NCBI RefSeq assembly: GCF_003324675.1
Contig: NZ_CP030918.1
Location: 1,140,001-1,172,000, forward strand
Length of the DNA: 32,000 bases
Reading direction: 5' to 3'
Source: Paracoccus suum
Lineage (GTDB): Bacteria > Pseudomonadota > Alphaproteobacteria > Rhodobacterales > Rhodobacteraceae
Positions 8,745 to 16,226 of the stretch are shown here, one piece after another. A program made the translations under genes and the position numbers. The notes under the pieces are model-generated. The model was not told where the DNA came from, searched no databases, and saw nothing but the letters and a program-made list of their open reading frames with translations. Numbering within the stretch: position 1 is the stretch's first letter; the number at the start of each line of letters is the position of its first letter.

Positions 8745-8918
8745 TTAAACACCGATCAACCAGAAGCCCCACAGGATTGCTGCGATTCCGATAATGAACA
8801 GGGGCCATGAGTTCATCTCAACCGCACCCCCAAGCGCCAAGCCCCCAATTGCGAAAAGTACAACCCCCAGCCAATATCCAAGCAGCATGTGGACGATATA
8901 CTTGACTGTCTTCCACAT
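8745..8918 (-). CDS. Small two-helix membrane protein (57 aa), absent from the ORF track
   Basis: Hand translation gives MWKTVKYIVHMLLGYWLGVVLFAIGGLALGGAVEMNSWPLFIIGIAAILWGFWLIGV*. A GGAGG Shine-Dalgarno lies 6 nt upstream of the ATG (minus strand GGAGACGGAGGACCAGATG). Confidence 0.6.
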   Translation of the reverse strand: MWKTVKYIVHMLLGYWLGVVLFAIGGLALGGAVEMNSWPLFIIGIAAILWGFWLIGV

Positions 8919-9121
8919 CTGGTCCTCCGTCTCCTGCCATTTTTGTACTTGTCAGGGTGTTGCGGGCATGGACAATCCGCACCCGCGCCGTTTCCCCTGA
9001 TGAAACCAGTGCAACGATATTACGCGCATTCATTCCGGATGCGCACTTGCCCAACCTTCGTGGGCCTAATCTCGATAACCTAGGGAGTTGGCACCTGCCC
9101 CCAGTTCGCCGCGATGCGAGA

Positions 9122-9886
9122 TCATTCCTCGATCTGCGCCTCGAAACCACCCGGGGCCAGCAGGGTGAGGAAGGCGACGACCCAGGACGGCTCGGCCGTG
9201 ATACGATCGATCACCAGATCGGATCCACTCGCAAAGATTTCGGGGTCGGTATCTTCGTCTGCGATCTCGGGCGGGTTGAAGACGCCGAGGACGCTGAAGC
9301 TCAACCACGCATCCTCTGTCTCGACGTCGGGCACCGCCACCTTCTTGGCGCGCACGGTATCGCCGCGAAGCTGGTCCAGCCCATTGGTTGGCCCGGCGGG
9401 TCGCAAGGGATCGAAGGCGCGCGGCTTGCCGCCGGCGCCCTCGGCGGTGACGCGGACGGCGGCGATGGCATCGACGAAATCACCGCCTGCATAAACCTCG
9501 CGCGCAGCCGCCTCGTCGCCGTCGAAGGCATTGAGCACCATTTCCCACGAGCGCGGCGGTGTTTGGTTGAGCGTATGCACGAACCGAAGCAGCAGCACGA
9601 TCAGGTCGGGATGGCGTGGCCCACCGTCATAGCTGATCAGGAAATGGCCGCGCTCAGGCTCCGAAAACTTCAGCGTGGCAGCGCCCGCAGGCCCGAGGAA
9701 GCCCTGCCGCAGCAGTTGCGCGACGTCGGAAAGCGAGTCGGGCATTTCCTCGCGGTTGTGGGTGATGTCCTTCCCGTCCGCGGCCTGATCGACCATTGCG
9801 ACGTCGATCCGCGCCGCCACGATCATCGGCGGGATGGCGGCGGGTGCCGTCAACCGCGGCGGCAAGACGTCGAGAATGCTCATCAT
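9122..9886 (-). CDS. Hypothetical acidic protein (254 aa), no recognised family
   Basis: ATG overlaps the stop of the upstream gene (ATGATGA), which suggests translational coupling. Asp/Glu-rich with no catalytic motif recognised. Confidence 0.65.
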   Translation of the reverse strand: MMSILDVLPPRLTAPAAIPPMIVAARIDVAMVDQAADGKDITHNREEMPDSLSDVAQLLRQGFLGPAGAATLKFSEPERGHFLISYDGGPRHPDLIVLLLRFVHTLNQTPPRSWEMVLNAFDGDEAAAREVYAGGDFVDAIAAVRVTAEGAGGKPRAFDPLRPAGPTNGLDQLRGDTVRAKKVAVPDVETEDAWLSFSVLGVFNPPEIADEDTDPEIFASGSDLVIDRITAEPSWVVAFLTLLAPGGFEAQIEE

Positions 9887-10830
9887 GGTTCCTTATTGAA
9901 ACGGGTGAGATAGGCCGCGACCCGGTCGAGATACTCAGCATCGCCAATGGCATCACCAAACAGACTGCCGCGCGCCACCTCGAAGGGATACCGGACATCG
10001 GCCAGAACCCGCGCGATCTCGCGATAGGCCGAAATATCCTCGCCGCGTTTCACGTCGCCCCAGATCGGCGCCGGGCCAGCCTTGATGATGACGGTGTTGC
10101 CGCGTTTTTCGACCGTCACCCCAGGGACCTCGGCCAGGTCACCAAGATCCGGGATCCGGTCGAGGAACGACGGACCAATCAGCGTCTGCCAGCCGATATC
10201 GGCAATCCCCGATTCGACATTCGGATAGCGATCGAAGGGAAAGAACGACCGTTCCTTGCGAATTCCCCCGTCGGGACCGGACAGCTGGATTTCGATGGCG
10301 CAGCGATAGCGTGCGGTCGTTTGCGGCAGGTTGAAGATCAGGCTGTCGAGGTTCTCGGGCAGGTAGAAGCCGTAGCCGACGACGCCGCAGATCATCGGCA
10401 AGACCGAAAGCATCTCGACCACCTGGTCGGCCAGAGCGAGGTCGGGACCTTCCGGTCCTTGATCGAACTCGACCATCACCATCCCGACGCCTTCCTCAAG
10501 GCAGAAATGCGGAGCAATCGTCAGGTCCTGGTCTTCGTCATAGGTTAACATCCGCAGGGTGGTCGGAAAGCTGTGCGGCGGCGTCAGCAACCACTCGCGC
10601 GCAGCAGCGAGAGCCTTTGCCGTCGCCTTCGTAGGCCTGCCCTTTTTGCCGCGTCCGCCCTGCATGAGGTAAAGCGACACCTCCCCAAAACGTTCGACAT
10701 AGAGGTCGAAGAGCGGGACCAGACGCTCGACCATCGAAGGGTCCGCGAGCGAGCCTTCGATCCAGGCCAGGGTCTTGAAGGCCGGTCCCGCAAACGGCTC
10801 ACCCTCGTAGTTCAGTGGTTTCGGCGTCAT
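9883..10830 (-). CDS. DUF3396-like protein ('type VI immunity family', Imm52-like); the family call is tentative
   Basis: The C-terminal block IGWQTLIGPSFLDRI...VIIKAGPAPIWGDVKRGEDISAYREIARVLADVRY matches my recollection of the DUF3396 pattern (W.TLLG ... AGE.P..GD.N.G ... Y..VA..L.P.R). GAGGTG Shine-Dalgarno 8 nt upstream. Confidence 0.6.
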   Translation of the reverse strand: MTPKPLNYEGEPFAGPAFKTLAWIEGSLADPSMVERLVPLFDLYVERFGEVSLYLMQGGRGKKGRPTKATAKALAAAREWLLTPPHSFPTTLRMLTYDEDQDLTIAPHFCLEEGVGMVMVEFDQGPEGPDLALADQVVEMLSVLPMICGVVGYGFYLPENLDSLIFNLPQTTARYRCAIEIQLSGPDGGIRKERSFFPFDRYPNVESGIADIGWQTLIGPSFLDRIPDLGDLAEVPGVTVEKRGNTVIIKAGPAPIWGDVKRGEDISAYREIARVLADVRYPFEVARGSLFGDAIGDAEYLDRVAAYLTRFNKEP

Positions 10831-10996
10831 GATCGCTCACCTCTGAGGGCTCTGCGGCGTCCTTATTCGTCGCAGTTGCAGGTCGCGTTGTCGACCTTCT
10901 CGGGCACACGGCGCGAGGCGCACGGATCTGCCAAGGAGTATCTCGCGCTTTGATCTCGGCGATTGTTTGCGCCTATGTGCGCAGGTTAAAGGCTTA

Positions 10997-11226
10997 TGAG
11001 AGGCAAACGCATCTGAGAAAAAAGGCAGAATCCGCTCCGCATCGCGGTTTTTGGCCTCTTTGTTTCGAAAAGGTATTTTCGCGTCGTGAAGGCAAAACTA
11101 TTTGACTGCACCCACCGGTTGTTTGGTGGCAGATAGTTCTGCCTTTTTGATCAGTTAACTTGCCTCTGGCATGCGATGGGCGAAGCCGTGTGCAGCGGAG
11201 GGGCGTTCGGCTCGCCCGAATCCCCC
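10997..11226. repeat. Repeat copy 2 (P-O-P', attP-like junction between the two cassettes)
   Basis: Left arm 10997-11114 is homologous to 13011-13126 in conserved blocks (TGAGAGGCAAAC identical, CTTTGTTT, AGGCA blocks). Core and right arm 11115-11226 are homologous to 8545-8658. Confidence 0.85.
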
Positions 11227-11498
11227 GGCCTGAGTGCTAATCTTTGACGGTCAGTGCCGCGACAATTAGATCGGCGAGCGCATCGGGTGCTTCGGTCTCT
11301 CGAAGCGCACCGTGCCAGATGACAGCGCCTCGGCGGCGCCTATCAACCCAACACAAAGAGGCCGAACCATGTGCGGTGGGCGGTCATTCGTTGGTCGACA
11401 TATCGCAATGGTCCCGCAATCTGGCCAGGCGGGCCGTTAAGCGTCGCGTGCTTCACAGCTCTGAGGACATGCTGCTCCCATCGAGGAACACTGCTGGT

Positions 11499-12146
11499 TC
11501 AACGAAGGTTCGTGGCATGGTCCTGAAGAGCCTGAGCCAAAGCCTCGTCTGTTTGATTGGTCGAGATCGGAGCGCTTGGTCCTTGGGCGCCATCGCGAAC
11601 CAGAGTTGGTACGCCTTTTACGCCTTGGGTCCGTGCGGTTTTCTGATCGTCCTCGACCTCTCCGACCCCTTCGCCGCTTCGCAAGAACAGTTCCGTCAGG
11701 CGAGGGTCAATCCCCACCGACTGTGCTATCCTCACCAGCACCTCAGGATCGGCAATGTTCGAACCTTCGAGGTGATACGCACGGAAGACAGCCTCGTTGA
11801 GCGGAGAAGCAAGCCCGAGGTGCCGCGCGAGCTTGGCAAGGCAATGAGCATCCCTTGTGTTGACGGGACGTGCGAGGTCCAGGCGCAGGACCAGGCCTTC
11901 CTTCCGCCCGGCCGACCTGATCCGCGACATGCGAGCGTTGGCCTGGGCAGTGTCTGGGTACCATGTCCGCATGGCCTGCTCGACTGTCGGCCCGGGAATC
12001 TGGCCGGCGTCGGGATCGAGTTGAAAAGCCCGCCAGATGATTTCTGGGCAGCGGCCCATTGGGATATGCGCAAGGGTTCGGTCGATTTTCCGGAGGGCAA
12101 TGTAGCACCAAGGGCAGACGTAGTCCGAGAACACCGAGATGGTCAT
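11499..12146 (-). CDS. DsbA-family thiol oxidoreductase (FrnE / 2-hydroxychromene-2-carboxylate isomerase-like)
   Basis: N-terminal SDYVCPWCY (CPWC redox motif) and GVKGVPTLV cis-Pro region. About 215 aa. Confidence 0.85.
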   Translation of the reverse strand: MTISVFSDYVCPWCYIALRKIDRTLAHIPMGRCPEIIWRAFQLDPDAGQIPGPTVEQAMRTWYPDTAQANARMSRIRSAGRKEGLVLRLDLARPVNTRDAHCLAKLARHLGLASPLNEAVFRAYHLEGSNIADPEVLVRIAQSVGIDPRLTELFLRSGEGVGEVEDDQKTARTQGVKGVPTLVRDGAQGPSAPISTNQTDEALAQALQDHATNLR

Positions 12147-12481
12147 GCCGAGGTCTCTCGGGGCCAGACAGTTGACAACTCTCTAAACGTCTGCCGGCTG
12201 CCTTGCGTGTCATGAAGCCGGAAGGCCGCATCGAGCGCAGCGAGACGCCCTGCAGTGTCGGAAACCTGCTCAAACTCGCGCATTGCCGCCTCGCTCTCCC
12301 ACTCCACGATCACCCGCACAAGTCGTCCATCGGTGCTCGCAAGGAAACGTGCGGACCGAAAACCAGCGTAGGGTGCCACCCAATCCTCTTGGATGCGTTG
12401 GAAGGCCCCGGCGATCTCGGCCTGCCGCTCGGGGGAAGGAACTGTGTAGTCGATCATGGAAACGAAGGGGGGAGGCGGCAT
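12143..12481 (-). CDS. ABM (antibiotic-biosynthesis-monooxygenase-like) domain protein
   Basis: About 100-aa ferredoxin-like domain pattern (...RFLASTDGRLVRVIVEWESEAAMREF...). 4-nt overlap with the dsbA-like start. The start could also be the ATG at 12457. Confidence 0.6.
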   Translation of the reverse strand: MPPPPFVSMIDYTVPSPERQAEIAGAFQRIQEDWVAPYAGFRSARFLASTDGRLVRVIVEWESEAAMREFEQVSDTAGRLAALDAAFRLHDTQGSRQTFRELSTVWPRETSA

Positions 12482-12504
12482 GGATCATTTTCCTGTGCAG
12501 TGAT

Positions 12505-12521
12505 GCTGTCAGGCTGACAGC
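12505..12521. promoter_or_regulatory. Candidate HxlR operator: 17-bp palindrome GCTGTCAG-G-CTGACAGC in the divergent promoter region
   Basis: Perfect 8-bp inverted repeat with 1-nt spacer, between the ABM/DsbA operon start (12481) and the hxlR-type start (12589). A second small palindrome CTTTCaGAAAG lies at 12533-12543. Confidence 0.4.
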
Positions 12522-12588
12522 TGGTAGGCTTACTTTCAGAAAGCTTGTAGAGAAGCGCAAGAACGCACCTTTTCGTACGGGCCCCAGC

Positions 12589-12954
12589 ATGACCGACATG
12601 AGCGAGCGACAGGGACCCCTGAAGAGTGGATGCGTCTGGAGAGAGGCCTTTGCTCTCGTCACCAGCCGCTGGGGCATCCTCATCCTGATCGCACTTGGCC
12701 AGCGTCCTCTGCGTTTCTATCTCCTGCGCGACTCTGTAGAGGGCATCAGCGAAAAGATGCTGTCGCAGACACTGAAACTCTTGGTGCGAGACGGGTTCGT
12801 CGCGCGACATGCAGACGGCTCGGCTCCCCCCCAGGTCACATATAGCCTGACACCCTTGGGGAAAGGTTTAGCTGAGCGCCTCAATGCTGTCTCGGAGTGG
12901 CTGGGGGCACACCTCGACGAAGTAAATGCAGTCAGGCAGCGCCAGAAGCTCTGA
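12589..12954 (+). CDS. HxlR-family winged-helix transcriptional regulator
   Basis: From the internal ATG: ...CVWREAFALVTSRWGILILIALGQRPLRFYLLRDSVEGISEKMLSQTLKLLVRDGFV...YSLTPLG, typical of the HxlR family. Confidence 0.85.
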   Translation: MTDMSERQGPLKSGCVWREAFALVTSRWGILILIALGQRPLRFYLLRDSVEGISEKMLSQTLKLLVRDGFVARHADGSAPPQVTYSLTPLGKGLAERLNAVSEWLGAHLDEVNAVRQRQKL

Positions 12955-13010
12955 CATTCTCCAAGCGGTATGAGCGACCGTGAGCGCAGTTAGGAGGGAG
13001 GTTTGGCCCC

Positions 13011-13162
13011 TGAGAGGCAAACCTTTCTGACTAAAGAGGCAGTCTCGAGTCCGTACCGGGATTTCCCAGCTTTGTTTTCACTGGATCGGTTCTGGACATA
13101 GAGGCAGGTCTTTGTGACCACCTTCACCGGTTGTTTGGTGGCAGATAGTTTTGCCGTTTTGG
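13011..13162. repeat. Repeat copy 3 (attR-like, P-O-B'): left arm plus core; homology ends after the core
   Basis: Core 13127-13162 matches 8545-8580 at about 32 of 36 positions. Left arm matches 10997-11114. Downstream sequence is unrelated to the right arm of copies 1 and 2. Confidence 0.8.
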
Positions 13163-13251
13163 CCTATCTATCTGCCTTCGAGGACAAAACCGCTTCCTGC
13201 CAACTACCTTGAAGCGCGGATTCAGGTGGGATCGCGTTCAGCCCGCGAAGC

Positions 13252-14079
13252 TCAGTTGCGGGCACCCATGATGCGCGCAATTTCCGCGCCCGGCAGGGCG
13301 GCATCAGCATAGCTGAATGTCCCGAGATCCCGGACTTCTGCCGCCGCACGGTAGAGCGCACCAAGAGCTGCACGCGCGAATGATCCGCCAACACTGATCC
13401 GGCGGACGCCCGCGGCCGACAGTTCGTCTACCGACCAGTTTGGTCCGCGAAGGCCCATGACCACGTTGACAGGTTTGTCGAGCGCGTCGCAGACCGTGCG
13501 GATCGCCCTCAGGTCCGGCAGGCCGGGTGCATAGAGGACATCTGCCCCGGCCTCCGAAAATGCTTGGAGGCGGTTGATAGTGTCGTCCAGATCGGGGTTT
13601 CCGCACAGGAAGTTCTCGGCGCGCGCTGTCAACAGAAACGACCTGTCTCGCGCTGTCTCGGCCGCCGCCCGCACGCGTTCGACCGCGAGTTCGAACGTGT
13701 AGATAGGCATGTCGGGATTGCCTGTCGCATCCTCGATCGAGCCACCAATCAAGCCTATCTCGGCCGCCTCCCGTATCGTTCGAGCACAATCCTCCGGTGC
13801 GCCGCCAAATCCATCTACCAGATCGGCGGAGACGGGCAGGTCGGTTGCGGCCACAATTTCGGCGGCGTTCGCCAGAATTTCCTCACGGCCAAAGCTGCTC
13901 GAGGAGTCGAGTTTACCCTCGAAAAAGGCATAGCCAGCACTGGTCGTAGCCAAGGCCTCGAACCCAAGATGTGCTAGGAGTCGCGCTGTACCGGCGTCCC
14001 AGGGGTTGGGAACAACAAACGCGCGGTCTTGTGCATGCAGCGCGCGGAAACGTTCGAACTTTTCGGTCCGCTCGGCCAT
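13252..14079 (-). CDS. Isocitrate lyase / PEP mutase family protein (2-methylisocitrate lyase or carboxyvinyl-carboxyphosphonate phosphorylmutase-like)
   Basis: FVVPNPWDAGTARLL, ATTSAGYA, PVSADLVDGFG, GGSIED and LLTARAE motifs. GGAGA Shine-Dalgarno upstream. Confidence 0.9.
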   Translation of the reverse strand: MAERTEKFERFRALHAQDRAFVVPNPWDAGTARLLAHLGFEALATTSAGYAFFEGKLDSSSSFGREEILANAAEIVAATDLPVSADLVDGFGGAPEDCARTIREAAEIGLIGGSIEDATGNPDMPIYTFELAVERVRAAAETARDRSFLLTARAENFLCGNPDLDDTINRLQAFSEAGADVLYAPGLPDLRAIRTVCDALDKPVNVVMGLRGPNWSVDELSAAGVRRISVGGSFARAALGALYRAAAEVRDLGTFSYADAALPGAEIARIMGARN

Positions 14080-14369
14080 CGGTCTCTCCTCAAGCGCCGC
14101 GTGGCTCAGATGCCAGCTCTAGGAACCTTGTCGACCAAGGGGGATGATCCGCTCGAATGTCAACTAAGACGCCCCCGCATCGCACCGGCAGCGGCGGGAA
14201 ACCCTTCTCTGAACTCGCGACTCGCGCCGGCGATGCTCCGGGCCTCTGGTTATGGTATGGCATGCGTGGAAACCATTAATTTTTCCCACTCATTTATTAC
14301 CTGGCCCGAAAGGTGATAAAACCCAGGCGTGTTGTTTCGACATTCAAAGCCAAGATATTCTAGATTTCG

Positions 14370-16207
14370 CTAGCCGTCCGTCGACCGCACTGTGGGTCCG
14401 GAAGCTTGCCATTGCCTGGACCTGCGCCAGTCTTGCCCTTCAAGATACCCTTTGAGAAACGGCCCCGTGATCGACTGCTTTGACCTCAGCATTTCTTTCG
14501 GCGAGCCTTTGAAAATTACACGGCCTCCGCGCTTACCCGGACCCGGGCCCATCTCGACAATCCAGTCTGCTTTCGAAATAACCTGGAGATTGTGCTCCAC
14601 AACGATCAACGATTTTCCGCTCTCGATCAGTTGATCAAACAGCCCAAGCAGGTGGTCGACGTCAGCCATGTGCAACCCCGAGGTTGGCTCATCGAGCAGA
14701 TAAGTCGAGCTCTCTCGCCCCAGTTCATCGGCGAGACGCAAGCGCTGACGCTCGCCACCGGACAGCGAGTTCAATTGCTGACCTAATCGCATATAGGCGA
14801 GCCCGACGTCGCGCATGCGCTCCAACGGCGCGGCGATGGCGCTATCATCCGAAAAGGCCTTAAGCGCCTCAACCACAGGCAACGTTGCGATATCGGCGAT
14901 CGTGCGTCCGGCGATCTTAACTGCCAATGCAGCGTCAGAATACCCCGAGCCGCCGCAGCTTCTACAGGGCACCTCAGCGGTATCCATGAACGCCAAATCT
15001 GTGCGGATGACTCCGAGGCCGCGACAGACCGGGCATGCTCCCGCAGAGTTGCTGCTGAACAGGCCTGCGGCTTCGCCGCTGGCTTTGGCAAACAGGGCGC
15101 GGATACGGTCCTGAATGCCGATGTAGGTCGCGGGTGTCGAACGGCGAGATCCCCCCCAGTGCGCTTTGGTCGATACAAACAATCTCCGGATAGCGCCGCG
15201 CCAGTATCGAGTTCGTCAGCGTGCTCTTGCCGGAGCCTGCAACCCCGACGATGACCGCCAGGACCCCGAGCGGCATATCGGCGCTGACTTCGTGAAGATT
15301 ATGCAGCGATGCATTGCGTATCTGTAGCTGACCCTTGGGTTCGCGAATTTTCGCTCGAAGTGAGCGAGGCTGGGTAAAGGCTTTGGCGGTTCTTGTTTCA
15401 GATCGCCGAAGTTCGTCTAGTGTGCCTTGGAAAACAATCTGCCCACCATCAGGTCCTGCACCCGGGCCTACATCGATTACCTCGTCGGCAATCGCAACCA
15501 CGTCCGGATCGTGCTCAACAATCAGGACACTGTTGCCCCTGCCGCGCAGACGATTCATCAGTTCCGTAACCTGGTGAACGTCGCGGGGATGCAGGCCGGT
15601 GCTCGGCTCATCGAATATGTAGGCGATGTCGGACAGGCTGCTGCCAAGATAGCGAACCATCTTGATCCGCTGTGACTCGCCACCAGAGAGCGATGGCGTT
15701 TCACGGTCAAGTGTCAAGTAATCCAGCCCGAGGTCGATCAGAGCCTGCAAACGATCGATCAGCGTATCGATAACGGAAACCGCCTCCTGGGCATCAATCT
15801 CGCGCAGAAAGGCGATCAAATCGCCCGGCTCCATGGCTCCGCAATCGGCGATGTTGCGACCCTCGATCTGGCACGCCAAGACTTCAGCCTTAAGCCTGCC
15901 ACCATGACAGGTGGGGCAAGCCTTGCGGGTCAGAATTTTTGCCAACGCCCCGCGTTCCGGTTCCGTCAAGGCATCCAGATCGCGGCGAAGGTAGGTGCGC
16001 CTGATGCGCTTCGTATGTGGTGCTCGTCATCCATCCCGGGAGTGGATTGGCGACCGGGGTTCCCTCCGCGTCGATCAACTGCCGCCGTTCCGCCTTCGTG
16101 TATTTTGCCAAGGGCTTGTCATTGTCGAAAAAACCGGTCAGCGCGTAGCGTTTCCAGCGGTAGGAGCCCACGTCCCAGCCCGGGAAGAGAAAACGGTCCC
16201 TGATTTA
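14370..16207 (-). pseudogene. UvrA-paralogue (excinuclease ABC subunit A-like ATPase), 5'-truncated with at least two frameshifts
   Basis: Three consecutive minus-strand ORFs in different frames carry UvrA blocks: zinc finger CPTCHGGRL, signature LSGGESQRI, IFDEPSTGLHPRD, Walker A GVAGSGKSTL, RSTPATY, CPVCRGLG, LSGGERQRL and LLDEPTSGLH. One shift falls in a 7-nt G run (coding strand) at 15151-15157. The frame opens only at about 16207, with no N-terminal ATPase half. Confidence 0.85.
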
Positions 16208-16226
16208 TCGAGCGGGATGGATCTAA

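Larger units (their letters stand above)
8545..11114. mobile_element. Cassette A: integrase-less islet bounded by core repeats 1 and 2
   Basis: Delimited by direct core repeats. Carries a P'-like arm at its left end and a P-like arm at its right end. No recombinase ORF inside. Confidence 0.55.
11115..13126. mobile_element. Cassette B: integrase-less islet bounded by core repeats 2 and 3
   Basis: Same end architecture as cassette A (P'-like arm at the left, P-like arm at the right). No recombinase ORF inside. Confidence 0.55.

Noticed and set aside
10997-11170. MITE-like element (about 170 nt with 32-nt imperfect terminal inverted repeats)
   Set aside because: The inverted symmetry is real. 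However, copy 1 shares only the right part and copy 3 only the left part plus core, with breakpoints exactly at the shared core next to a tRNA. That fits att-site recombination better than transposition. No target-site duplication was seen. This remains an alternative to test by genome-wide copy search.
11343-11498. The reading frame stays open for 51 codons in-frame past the DsbA-like TGA, and a second open frame ends near 11243 (…GAVIWHGALRETEAPDALADLIVAALTVKD)
   Set aside because: At 215 aa the DsbA-family protein is already full length, so read-through is not needed. The downstream frames have no start or Shine-Dalgarno and no family I can recognise. They may be remnants of a lost cargo gene or just GC-driven open frames, so they are not reported as features.
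8545-13162. Integron (attC-bounded gene cassettes) or CRISPR interpretation of the three repeats
   Set aside because: There is no intI-like gene or attI/Pc context. The repeats do not have the attC R''-L''/L'-R' imperfect-palindrome layout, and the cassettes carry their own promoters and regulators. The spacing (2.0-2.6 kb) and repeat lengths exclude CRISPR.
14242-14269. Possible fourth, degenerate copy of the right-arm repeat (GCCTCTGG ... GGCATGCGTGG resembles 11162-11180 GCCTCTGGCATGCGATGG)
   Set aside because: Only two short blocks match, interrupted by 9 extra nt. No core (CCGGTTGTTTGGTGGCAGATAG) and no flanking arm homology are present. It could be chance and needs a PWM or alignment test.
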